Source: Scyliorhinus canicula (lineage: Eukaryota). From it: DNA of 64,000 nt. Positions within the stretch are counted from its first letter, which is position 1. Each line of letters begins with the position of its first letter. Below the pieces are notes generated by a model. The model had not been told where the DNA came from, ran no database searches, and was given only the letters and a program-made list of their open reading frames with translations. The translations under genes were made by a program, and so were the position numbers. This document shows positions 23,235 through 35,209 of the stretch, piece by piece. The stretch spans positions 245,347,827-245,411,826 of the forward strand of contig NC_052146.1 of NCBI RefSeq assembly GCF_902713615.1, given 5' to 3'.

Positions 23235-23613
23235 TGTTATATTACTGGGTTGAAGTAATATCTGTCGTTAATGGTTGCTGCTGATCCTGAGGAATACATG
23301 AGTCTTCAATGTAAAGCAAACAAATTTTGGAACGATAAGACTAATAAAGGAGTTTGACACTCGACTGAACTATCTCTAGAAATAAAGTAATGAGATATAA
23401 CTATATAAACTGTATTTGAATTATACATGGTGTCTAGGCTGTGATCTAACTGCACTATGCTACTGCTGTCTAGCTACTCCTGTGTGGAAAGAGACCAAGA
23501 TCCTCTGGGAGCTAGTATATATAGTGGGATCTTGTGGTGCCCTCCAGTGGTAGTGTCATAGCTCAGTGCTGTGATTAACCCTTTAGTTACATGTCTGTCT
23601 ACATATGATTACA
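23235..23613 (-). mobile_element. Solo LTR
   Basis: TGTTAT...GATTACA ends; reconstructed 5-bp TSD CACGG (17880)/CACAG (23614). Confidence 0.65.
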
Positions 23614-23767
23614 CACAGAACCGGCGAATCGGCCACCAGTCCATTAACAGAGTGTGGAGTTTCATGATACTTCCATGCTAGCCCCTTGGGAGTCGTTGAA
23701 TCGCTGCAGCTGGGGACCCGATCACGCCGTCGTGAAACTCCACCATTTTCACAACGGCGTCAACACT

Positions 23768-25024
23768 TAGAACATAGAACATTACAGCGCAGTACAGGCC
23801 CTTCGGCCCTCGATGTTGCGCCGACCTATGAAACCATCTGAAGCCAATCTGACCTACACTATTCCATTTTCATCCATATGTCTATCCAGTGACCACTTAA
23901 ATGCCCTTAAAGTTAGCGAGTCTACTACTGTTGCAGGCAGGGCGTTCCACACCCCTACTACTCTCCGAGTAAAGAAACTGCCTCTGACATCTGTCATATA
24001 TCTACTAACCCTCAATTTAAAGCTATGTCCCCTCGTGTTGGTCATCACCATCCGAGGAAAAAGAATCTCACTGTCCACCCTATCTAACCCTCTGACTATC
24101 TTATATGTCTCTATTAAGTCACCTCTCAGCCTTCTCCTCTCTAACGAAAACAACCTCAGGTCCCTGAGCCTTTCCTCATAAGACCTTCCCTCCATACCAG
24201 GCAACATCCTAGTAAATCTCCTCTGAACCCTTTCCAAAGCTTCCACATCCTTCCTATAATGTGGTGACCAGAACTGCACGCAGTACTCCAGGTGCGGCCG
24301 CACCAGAGAGTTTTGTACAGCTGCAGCATGACCTCGTGGCTCCGAAACTCAATCCCCCTACTGATAAAGGCTAGCACACCATATGCCTTCTTAACAGCCC
24401 TATTAACCTGGGTGGTAACTTTCAGGGATTTATGTACCTGGATGCCGAGATCTCTCTGTTCATCTACACTACCAAGAATCTTGCCATTAGCCCAGTACTC
24501 TGCATTCCTGTTACTCCTTCCAAAGTGAACCACCTCATAGGGGCTGGTTTAGCTCACCAGGGGCTGGTTTAGCTCACCAGGCTAAATCGCTGGCTTTTAA
24601 AGCAGACCAAGCAGGCCAGCAGCACGGTTCGATTCCCGTACCAGCCTCCCCGGACAGGCGCCGGAATGTGGCGACTAGGGACTTTTCACAGTAACTTCAT
24701 CGAAGCCTACTCGTGACAATAAGCGATTTTCATTTCATTTCATTTTCACACTTTTCCGCATTAAACTCCATCTGCCACCTCTCAGCCCAGCTCTGCAGCT
24801 TATCTATGTCCCTCTGTAACCATAACATCCTTCAGCACTATCCACAACTCCACCGACCTTCGTGTCATCTGCAAATTTACTAACCCATCCTTCTACACCC
24901 TCTTCCAGGTCATTTATAAAAATGACAAACAGCAGTGGCCCCAAAACAGATCCTTGCGGTACACCACTAGTAACTGAACTCCAGGATGAACATTTGCCGT
25001 CAACCACCACCCTCTGTCTTCTTT
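23768..25024 (-). mobile_element. 5'-truncated CR1 LINE, frameshifted
   Basis: [29 protein letters not shown]; (TTCTATG)n-type tail. Confidence 0.93.
24538..24746 (+). mobile_element. tRNA-derived SINE with Rex1-like tail and (CATTT)n end
   Basis: GGGGCTGGTTTAGCTCA head (duplicated), B box GGTTCGATTCCC, tail GTGACAATAA; interrupts the CR1 RT. Confidence 0.85.
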
Positions 25025-25772
25025 AGTCTTCAGAATGGAGAATTTGCAGAATGTGACTGAGTACTAACAATTGCCTTTTCAGCAATTTTATAAGATATTC
25101 CTCGCATTCAATGGCAATGAGTTTAAACTTTGGTAAAATATTCTTATTGGCAGATCACCTTGCTATACAATTTTCCCAGGGCAAACAATTCGCATGACAA
25201 TAAATACCTTTTGCAGGCAATGGAGCCTCGGTAACATACACTGTTTTTTTTTCAATTTCTTGCCTCATTATTTTCTTATTTTTCTGTTTGACTTTGTAAA
25301 ATAAACCTTTACAAGACATTCAATATTGAAAAGATTATTTCAGCGATACATTTATGATTGACCAATTTACTTAACTCATGTCATCCATCCTACTGTATGA
25401 AGGTATCAAAATATGACACATTTTACCAAGGTGATGAATAGGGGCAACTTGTGGTAATTTCCCACTCCATTTTTCTTGGAGTGAGGAACACTTCCAAACC
25501 ATCTTACGGAAAAAAATCAGGAACTTGCTAAGAAGAGAATTTCAGTAGAAATTTATATCCTAACATCTCACATACAGCACCTTGGTCATTCTCTTTGAAA
25601 AGGTATCCATTTTATTTGCCCTATCAGCACTCTTTCCATTGACATTTTATTTACCTATATTTCCCCAACCTGCTGTTATTCTTTTGAGCTTTCTTTTTAT
25701 CTATATCTTTTCATTCCATCTTCATTTCACTTCTTTTTCATCCTCAAGATTTATGTCTCTCCTTTATACTTC

Positions 25773-26108
25773 GGGCTGGATTCTCTTGATTTTGCGGCTA
25801 TGTCTGGAGGAAGCGTCTGGTCTTACAACCACAAAGTCGGCGACGTCCCCGCACGGATGCTCCGTCCAATGGGGGGGCTAGCAGCCATGCCGCGTAAGGC
25901 TTTACCTGCAGATACAGACGGAGAATGCCCCCCCCCCCCCGTGACACCCCTCGCCAACCCCAGACCACCCTCCACCAGTCTCCTCAGTCCCCGCCGAAGC
26001 TCCCCCAGCTAGCGGAACGCCCCCCCCCTCGATGCCACCCCCAATTTCAGCGCAAAAACAGATTCTCTGGCCAATCAGCGAATGCAACTTGCGTCAGCAA
26101 TCCCGCCC
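25773..26108. mobile_element. Harbinger MITE
   Basis: GGGCTGGATT / AATCCCGCCC TIRs, 3-bp TSD TTC. Confidence 0.8.
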
Positions 26109-26689
26109 TTCATGTTTCTTTTCTCTTTCTCCATCGCCCTTCGTTTTGCTTCCATTGGCTGTCTCACTTCCTCTGTTTTTGTCAATGTCTCTCTCTTTCT
26201 CTATTTTTAGTCCTATGATTGTGCCAATTAGGAATTGTTTCAGCAATATTACACATTATTCCAAATTAATGACCTGTTATCACTGAAATTATTTCCCAAT
26301 GGCATGGGAACTTACTGTGTGTTGGTGCTGAAAGAAATCTGTTGTTCCCTCCTCCGTGTTTAGTGGCGGGGGGGGTCATTTAATAAGGCGGAAGGTTTGG
26401 TGGCGATGATTCCATCTCCACCCCAATCAAGTGGATGGTCTTCCTGCCTGCCACCAACTGAAACGCGCAAGTGTGCAATTGATGACCAATTAATGGCTTC
26501 ATTCCGCTGCTATTCATATTAACCCAGTGGTGGGTGGGGAACTCACTATGCCGGGAGGATGAGGGCCCTCCCCCCCCCACTGTCCTTGCTGCTGACCCCC
26601 CCCCCCACCCTGTCCTTGCTGCTGACCACCCCACCCCCCCACCCCCTTATCCCCACCTCACAAACCCCTGACTGCCAATTTAGGTGCAT

Positions 26690-29600
26690 TCGCGGGCAGC
26701 AGGAGGGCCAACACTCAAAGCATCCCAGTCAAAGTAGTCGCCAGCCCCGGGGCCAAGCCTTGCATCTGTTTGAGGATGAGGCTGAAGTGCAGCGGAATTG
26801 TTTGGCATCGCCCCATATGGCCCCTATGCACGTTCTGATACAGGGGACTAGCTGTATGCTCCAAATGGAGTTGGATCCTGGAGCTGCCGTTTCTGTGGTG
26901 GCGTAGAGTACCTTTGATCGAAGCGAGGTGTGCATACTTTGATTTTTTTAAAAAATAAATTTAGAGTGCCCAGTTCATTTTTTCCAATAAAGGGGCATTT
27001 TAGCATGTTCAATTCACCTCCCTTGCGCATCTTTGGGTTGTGGGGCCGATACCCACGCAAACACAGGGAGAATGTGCAAACTTCACACAGACAGTGACCC
27101 AGAGCCAGGATCAAACCTGGGATCTCGGCGCCATGAGACTGCAGTGCTACCACTGCGCCACCATGCTGCCCCTTACCAGCCTCCCCGGACAGGTTCCGGA
27201 ATGTGGCGTCTAGGGGCTTTTCGCAGTAACTTCATTGAAGCCTATTCGTGACAATAAGCGATTTTCATTTTCATTTCATACTTTGATTTTGACACGGCGG
27301 CCTGTTTGGACACTTACATGGGAACAATTGAATATTGTCGGGACCATCTTGCTCAAGTAGTTTATGGGCAATCAGTTTGCCTTCTCCACATTGTTGTGCA
27401 AGGAAGAGGCCCCAGCCTGTTGGGTCACAACTGGTTGCACCAGCTGCAATTGGATTGGCAACATATCCTCCAATTGGAATCTGGCAGTGTGTGAAAGGTA
27501 CTGAGCAGGTTACCCAATGTTTTCCATCCTGGCTTGGGGCCGTGTCCAAGATCCAGGTGGACCTGGAGGCCCAATCCCGATATTTTCACACCCACCAGTT
27601 TCCTGCACCTTACTGGAGAAAGTCAAGGCCGAACTTCATTGTTTGGAGAGTTTGGGCATCGTAAGTCCTGTGCATTGCACCCAGTTGGCCGCACCTGTGG
27701 TCTCTGTAATGAAGCCGGGTAAGACTGTCCACCTCTGTGGAGATTATAAATTGACAGTGATAAATTGGCTTCAAGGTTAGACCGTTATATTTTATCATGC
27801 ATCGAGGATTTGTATGCGACATTGGGCAGTGACAATACATTTACAATTGGACATGAGCAACACTTATCTGCAGCTGGAGCTCGATGAATTGTCACAGCAG
27901 TATGTCACAATCAATTCACACAAGGTGAATACACCCAGCTCCCATTCGGAGTATCCTCTGCGTGCACAGTTTTCCAGCACACCATGAAGAACATCCTGTA
28001 CGGATTGCCACACATTGCAGTTTACTTTGACTACGTGCCCCTCATAGGGACCACAGACCAAGAGCACTTGCAGAATCTCGAGGCAGTGCTGAAACATTTT
28101 TTGGAGTAAGGGGTCAGCCTGCCCCGCACAAAGTGCGTGTTTCACGTGAAGGAAGTAGTATATTTGAGGTTTTGGGGGACCTGGAAGGGTTGCAATTGGT
28201 CACCGAGAAAGTGAGAGCCATCAAAATGGCTCCCGGCCCATGAGACACCACCGGGTTTTGGTCTTTTCTTGGACTAGTAAATTTCTATGGCCGATTTATT
28301 CTGAACCTGGCAACTGCACTGGCCAAACTTCACTTGTTCCACATGAAACACCAACCATGGGAATGGAGCAAGGCCCAGGATGAGATGTTTAAGACGGTGA
28401 AATGGCGGTTGTCCTCTTCGGGGGTGTTGGCATATTTCGACCTTTCAATACCATTTTACGTCACGTAGGATGCTTCGCCATATGGGATTAGGGAAATCGT
28501 GTCTCATTGGAAAAGCAATGCCCATGAACGTCCAATCGCTTTTGCCTCTCAGACGTTGCTACGGCTGGGAGAAAATATGCTCAAATAGAAAAGGAAGCCC
28601 TGGCGGTCGTATTTGGTGTAAACACTTTCACCAGTACATCTATGGCCGCCATCTCTTTACAACGAGGCCTCTTTTTCATGAGTGAACAGTTTGTTGTTTT
28701 TATGAAAGGGAAGGGATGCACTGCGCCATACCACCTGGCATCGAATGGCTTGGCCATGATGGCCATGTAAATGATTCAATGAGGACTAAAGTAACAGATT
28801 TCAGCTCGATGGACACCAGGCTGGGAAGATTTTTGTTTGCATACAGGACCACGCTGCCCACAGTAACTGGGGTGGCTCCTATTGAGATGTTCTTGGAAAG
28901 TAGGACTCGTACACGACTGAATTTGATTATCCCAGACATCGGTGCAAGGATGTGTCGTAACCAATATTTGCAAGGGCATTGCAAAGGTGTTGCCAGTTCG
29001 ATGTCGACCTCTTCGACACTTCACACCTGATGACATGGTGTTCGTCAATGACGCTGCTCGCTGGCTTTCTCGAATTGTCAGCTGCCAAATAGGACCATTC
29101 TCTTACCAAGTTCGGGTCCGGGGGCAACTGATGCGATGGTAGTTGGATTACATTCGCTCACATTGCACCCTCGCAGGAAACCTTTCCTGGATCCTCCAGC
29201 TCCATTGTTAAACCAGCCTGCGATGACGCCTCCAGTCTCTCTCAACACTGACGTGCCCGACTCTGAAATGGAGTCGCAGACCTCTGAGGTCTCGGACGCC
29301 AACCAGCTGCCTGCCGCCGATCATCCACCACAATGTTCTTGCCGCAGACGACGTGCACCAGAAAGGCATATGCCCACCAATCCAGCGCATCAGCTCAATG
29401 ACGATTTGCCGGGCCCGAAAAGAATTTAACGTCCTCCACCTGCTCCTCCTTCTCCGCCTCATGTGTTGTCAAATGGGTGTTTGGACTTTGCGAGGGGGGG
29501 AATATAATAGACCACACGGGGCCTATGGATGGGGGGGCGATGATTATCTTCCCCATGGTCCTTTTGGAGTATGAGCTCCCCCACTCAGAGAGAAGGATCT

Positions 29601-29740
29601 TTATTAACCTCTGTTTAAAAAGTTGGAACAACCAGAACAGGAAGGAACCCGATAGGGATCTACCAAGCAGTGTAAATATTGTGTAAATAAAACTATATTA
29701 TTTTATTTTACTGGGTGTGGACTGCCCATATTCTTATTAA
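26690..29740 (+). mobile_element. Old Gypsy element (PR-RT-RH, partial IN, PPT, 3' LTR), heavily mutated
   Basis: MELDPGAAVSV, AAPVVSVMKPGKTVHLCGDYK, YAQIEKEALA, FLFAYRTT..TGVAP; PPT GAGGGGGGG at 29492. Confidence 0.85.
26947..27276. mobile_element. HE1/V-SINE (-, 26947-27172) back-to-back with a Rex1-tailed SINE 3' half (+, 27174-27276)
   Basis: Both bodies are recognisable, and a single 14-bp TSD CATACTTTGATTTT flanks the pair. Confidence 0.85.
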
Positions 29741-30653
29741 AGATTGATTTAAAGCATCTTCTAGGGAAATGGGCGAATTATGTTTACAAATCTACAAATG
29801 AATTTAGCCGCAATCATTATTTGGCATGTTTATGCTCTACGCAATTTTCATCCTGCATGATTCGACATAAACAATTTGTTATGTGTCTCTGTTTTGAAGT
29901 GGAGGTTACTGCCTCCATTGCTACAACAGAAAAAAGCTTTCAAAAATGCATCTTTGAACATTTCAAGGCAAGATCGTTCATCCTGATTAAGTAATGCAGT
30001 CATGAAATCATCATTTACTTTAATTTCTAATCAATTGTGCAGCCTCTTTCCATTAGCACAATCTACTACCACTTACATAGAATCTTCCTGGTTTCAAGAA
30101 AGCTGCACCACTAATTATCTGTGGGACATAATTTATGAAGTGAAACTGTGGCATTTCATGACAGCAAGTAGGTATTTAAAACATACAAGGAGCCAAGAGA
30201 GAAACAATAAGAAGAAATCCTGTTTGAAGGCTGCATTTATTTTCATCTGGTCCAAAGTCAGGTTAGAAACAATCTGATTTATATAAAAATTGCATTTCAG
30301 AAATTACATTCTTAATTTATTATAATACTTAAGCAGTGAGGTTTATTTAATCATATATTAACATTTTTGCAATCTGCTTGGTTATTTGTTTGAGGTCAAA
30401 TGGATGAATTTTGACTGAAATGGAATAGGTTTAATGGACTTCACTAGAAAATGGTTTGATATTGTGAAACAATGGAATTAAAATTTGGATTTTATCATAA
30501 AGTGGCCTGGTAATATTCACTGTTTTGGACCATGTCTGCTCCCCTGTGGTGGGTTATTTTAACTGCAGCTTGAAGGTTTTCTTTGCCTGTTCTTTCACAT
30601 TGTGCTGAGAGAAATTTTGAAAATGGATCGGTTTCAGAATCTTTTGAGATACG

Positions 30654-30745
30654 AAATGAAAATGAAATGAAATGAAATGAAAAATGAAATGAAAATCGCT
30701 TATTGTCATGAGTAGGCTTCAATGAAGTTACTGTGAAAAGCCCCT
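30654..30745 (-). mobile_element. Rex1-tailed SINE 3' fragment
   Basis: (AAATG)n followed by AATCGCTTATTGTCA...GTTACTGTGAAAAGCCCC. Confidence 0.8.
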
Positions 30746-30749
30746 ACAT

Positions 30750-31268
30750 AGAGCTGGATTCTCCTGTCCCCCAGCCGTGTGTTCCTCGGCAGCGGATTTC
30801 TCTATTCCTACAGCTTGGCAACGGGATTTCCCGTTGAAGCCACCCCAGGAAATCTGTGGGCAGGGGTGCGCTTCCAGAGGATAAAGAGAATCCCAATAGA
30901 TGGAGTAATTTTGCATTCACATTCAAAAACTAAAATGGATAAAATCCACAAAGAGAAATCATGATAAACTCAGTTTTTTTAACATCTGTGCAATAAACAG
31001 AATATACATTGCGGTGTTGCACATTTAACCGCACAGTACTTACTCAAACAAAGAATGCTTTTTTAAAAATGGGCCGAATTCTATGGTCTTCCAGCCGCAT
31101 GTTTCCTGGTGGTGCGTACGCCTTTCACTGGTGGCAGGATTCTCACTTCCTGCCGCTTGTCAATAGGATTTCCCATTGAAGGCACCCCATGCCGCCAGGA
31201 AACTCGTGAACGTGGGTATGCTGCTGGCGGTAAACAGAGAATCCCAATGACCAGAGAATTCTGGTCCA
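30750..31268. mobile_element. Two short related Harbinger MITEs (30750-30895, 31071-31268)
   Basis: GGATTCTC/GAATTCT...GAGAAT ends; shared core GGATTTCCC(G/A)TTGAAG. Confidence 0.65.
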
Positions 31269-32139
31269 TATTACACATGAGATTGTCAAGAATTATAGTT
31301 GGAGTAATAATAGGTATTTTAAACAGTTTATGATGTAGAGCTACTGCTTTGAGCGCAGTCTGCCGTCCACATGCAAACTGCACTCAAAGTGGTATCTGCT
31401 CAAAATCCTTTGCATGATCACAAATGTAAAAGTGGCCATGATTGGTCAGTGTATTATAAATTTATTTTGTATGCAACAATATATATAATATATGTGATAT
31501 ATATGGTATATATAATTCCAACTAAAAATGTTCAGCACAAAAAATAAGCATATCCATCAAGAGTGTGAGTAACCCGATTCTAAATTACTGTAAATTACTT
31601 TCTTTGATGCGGTTTCCAGGAAATGTACTATATTGTATCTTAGTTCTCTACCTAAAGGCAGGTCTTTGTTTTTTTTTTGTTGTTGAACCATGGCTAAGTA
31701 CAACGATACTTAGCAAATGTTAGGGAAAGGATCGGAATCTACCTCATCTGAAGCAGGGATTCAACTTTATGCTGTTGGTGCTATTTTGATCCAAACGTTA
31801 GTCATCTAGTCAACTCAGCTAACTAGCCCGTAACCTACACAATTCCAGCTTAATTTTAGGAGACTTGTCAATGCCCGCTAATGGGTACGATGAGCGGAAA
31901 CTTGCCATGGTGGTTTTTAATAAGGGACTATGGTCAGTTTTGTAGGTGAGGCCAGATTCCAGCATAATGCGTTTTACCCAAAAGAAAAGATTGCAGATAT
32001 CTGATTCACACTGAATCTGTGCTTGAACTTCCTCGATTAAGGCAAAAGACAATTAAGGCTGAAGCATTTGCAAACATTTTCAGCGCGAGGCACTGAGTGG
32101 ATGATCCAACTCAGGCTTTTCCTGAGGACTCTAACAACA

Positions 32140-33265
32140 TAGATGCAAGTCTTCAAACAACTTGATTCACCTCACATGTCAAAAAAATGGCTGAAGGCAC
32201 TGATTAAAGCAGAGGCATGGGCCCAGACAGCATTTGACTGCGCATGGCATCAAGGATTGGAGTCAATGGATAACAGGGAAAGAAAATCTCCAGTGATTGG
32301 AGTCATATCTAGCACAAAGGAAAATGGCTATCGTTGTTGGGGCATCAAAGACCTTCTGTCCAACTAAGGTGAGAAGATATTTGCTGATGATAGCAAAGTG
32401 TTCAGTATCATTTGCAACTCCTGAGATACAGAAGCAGTCCATGCCCAGATGCAGAAAGACCTGGACAACATTTGCAGACTTGAACTGATAAGTGGTAACG
32501 AACATTCGTGCCACATAATTGGCAGGTGATGACCTGCAACATCAACATCAACAATTAACATTGACGAGCAACTGAACCAGATCACTCATATAAATGCTGT
32601 GGCTACAATAGCAGCTAAGAGGCTGAGAATTCTGCAATGCTTAACTCATTTCCTGAATTCCCAAAGCCTGTCCACCACCCACAAGACACTAGTCAGGAGT
32701 GTTCTGAAGAACAGTTTTGAAGATGAGTCATATTGAACTCAAAATGTCAACTCTATTTCTCTTTTCACAGGTGCTGCTAGACCTGCTGAGTTTTTCCAGA
32801 ATTTTCTGTTTTTATCGTGGTCAGGAGTGTGATGGAATTGGAATTCACTTGCCTGAATAATTGCCATTCCAAAAACACTCAAGTAGCATCCAAGATCAAA
32901 GATGCCTACTTAATCGGCAGCCCATTCACCACTTTAAATGTTCACCGCCCCCACCACTGGTGCACAGTGACAACACCATTTGCAAGGTTCACAGCAGCAA
33001 GTCACCAGCACCTCAACAATACCATGCAAACTTGTGACCTCTACCACTTAGAACAAGGGAAACATATTCATGGGAACACCGCCATCTGCACGTTCCCCTC
33101 TAAGTCACTCTCAATCCTCACTTGGAATGGCATTACCATTCCTTAACTGTCACTGGTTCAAAAGTCTGGAAATCCTTCCTTAACAGCACAGTGGGTGCAC
33201 CTATACCACATGAACTGCAGTGATTCTAGAGGCGACTCACCCCACAACCTTTTCAAAGCTCCATT
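32140..33265 (+). mobile_element. Old CR1-group LINE 3' fragment
   Basis: Decayed RT (IFADD-like atatttgctgatgat; agtcaggagtgtgatggaat) and typical 3' region. Confidence 0.6.
32703..32816 (+). mobile_element. Penelope-like terminal repeat remnant (second copy ~39415-39590)
   Basis: ACAGGTGCTGCTAGACCTGCTGAGTTTTTCCAGAATTTTCTG motif; flanked by repeated GTCAGGAGTGT. Confidence 0.5.
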
Positions 33266-33544
33266 AAAGTGAAATTTGTGCAACTGTTTCTTCAATATTG
33301 ACACAATTTTAACCAGTTTTCTCTTTGTGGCCATAATGCCAAATTTCCACAGTGGAATAACTTCAGCGATGTTAAGCCTCAGGTACTCCATGCCATGTAT
33401 GAATAAACCAAGCACTGGAGAAGTCTCCTGCTGACTCATCCGTCCTCCTGCGGAAAACAAAAGTAGATTTGGAGGCAAAAAGCTTTCAGACAGGATAGAA
33501 TTGGTTCCAAATGCTTTGATACAAATTTTGTAATCAAGCCATCA

Positions 33545-33870
33545 ATCATGGTTTAGTTGCAGCACTCTTGTCTCTAAATCGGAAGGTTGTGGGTTCACCT
33601 AAAGACATGAGCATATAAATGAAACTCATACTGGAGTACAATACTGAGATTGTGTGAATCATTCCACAGCATCATCAAAGCAAAAGCAGTGAAGTCTTCT
33701 CATTGTGTCCTGTCCATCATTGCTGTATTAACCAACAGCCCCAAAGTAACAGGTTGGTCCTTGCATTCGCCTCGATTAAGACAGTGACGGCACTTCATCA
33801 GTTGGGAAGTAGCTTGCAGATCTATGAGCATGTGAAAGATTATTTATAAATACAAAGTTCTTTCTTTCAT
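33545..33870 (+). mobile_element. Old Deu-type SINE (SacSINE1/AmnSINE1-like)
   Basis: tRNA-like head (gaaggttgtgggttca); tail acagtgac..cttca..gtgaaag..tataaat..tctttcttt. Confidence 0.5.
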
Positions 33871-33942
33871 ATATTTGCAAATGTGTTTCAATGATATGTG
33901 CAAGTTAAGGATCAATACCTTGGAACAACATTAGGCTAAGAG

Positions 33943-34285
33943 AGGGAGGCGGTGGCATAGCGGTATTGTCACTGGACTAGAAAACCAGAGACCCAGAGGA
34001 ATGATCTGAGGAACCAGTTTAAAATCCCACCACCACAGACCGTGAGATTTGAATTCTATAAAAATCTGAAATTCAAAGTCTCGTGATGACCATGAAACTA
34101 TTGTCGATTGTGTGAAAACCCAACTGGTTCACTAATGTTCTTCAGGGAAGAGAATCTGGTGTTCTGTAACTCTAGACCCGCTGCAATATGGCTGACAGTT
34201 GCCTGCCCCCTGAAGGGCAATTAGGGATGGGCAATAAATGCTGACACAGCCTGCGAAGCCCACGTCCCATGAACTAATAAGAAAA
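33943..34285 (+). mobile_element. tRNA-derived SINE
   Basis: GGTATTGTCACTGGACTAG head; tail AGGGCAATTAGGGATGGGCAATAAATGCTG. Confidence 0.8.
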
Positions 34286-34832
34286 AAAGCCTTTTCAAAT
34301 CTGAACTGTGCCTTTAAATAGATCCTGGATTGGTAAGGTGAGTTTCTGTTCTCTGGTGGCCTACATGGATTCGGTTTGGACAGCCTGGTATCTGGTGCCC
34401 GCAATCTGAGAATACACGTGGCAAAAATTCACCATTCAGTTGGCAATGTCTTCAAAATGAAAACAAAGGAAATATACAATGATTACAGGTGCTGTAGGAG
34501 TGCTTAGATGAGGTAGGGTGAGCTGATGTTTTCAGCACAAATCACAGTGAACATGATTCCACATCTACACTACGCTGTCTGGCTGATGGAATAGTTGGTG
34601 AAAACATTAAATATCCAAAGTAGGAGAGTCCCGTTTCCAAAAACATGCCTTTCCCTTGATGAGTGCAAATAATATAAAAGAGTTTTTTGTTATCATGCTG
34701 AAGCAGTGAGTGTGTAACACAGTGCATTGGTTTTCCTACACGTGCAGACGTGGTAGGACAAAGTTCAGAGCCCATAATTCCCTGTACAGTGACATCCCGG
34801 AGTTAAAGCCTGGATCTAACGGAAAGGTTGCT

Positions 34833-34987
34833 GGGCGGGATTTACTGACCAACCCGCCGCATGATTTCTGGTCCCGCCATTGTAAAAAGGATTTCCCATT
34901 GACTGCACCCCTCATCGCCAGGAAACCCGTGTACCGTCTGTGAGACCGAAATATCCCGCCGGCATGAACAGCCAGTAAATTCCGCCT
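34833..34987. mobile_element. Harbinger MITE
   Basis: GGGCGGGATTTACTG / CAGTAAATTCCGCC TIRs, TSD GCT. Confidence 0.8.
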
Positions 34988-35209
34988 GCTAAGTGTCATT
35001 TCAGGCAGGTTTGGCTGAGAGTTGCTTTCCGGCTGTGACGGTGAGTTCCCCCTGCTATCTATCCACACTTAGTCACTTACAAGGTGCGATACACTGGCCT
35101 CGCTGCACCAGGCGAGAGAACAAGCCGGTCGGTTAGATAGAGGGAGAGACCGAAGTTCGGAACTATGCTTGGTGTCAATTGGTTTCCAATCTAACCAGAA
35201 TGCTCCTGT

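Larger units (their letters stand above)
12890..25048. mobile_element. Harbinger transposon 1, interrupted by six or more younger insertions
   Basis: Convergent transposase (+) and Myb/SANT (-) genes. The terminal segment resumes at 23614-23770 and ends GGAGAAT ~25039. The left end is not resolved. Confidence 0.7.
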
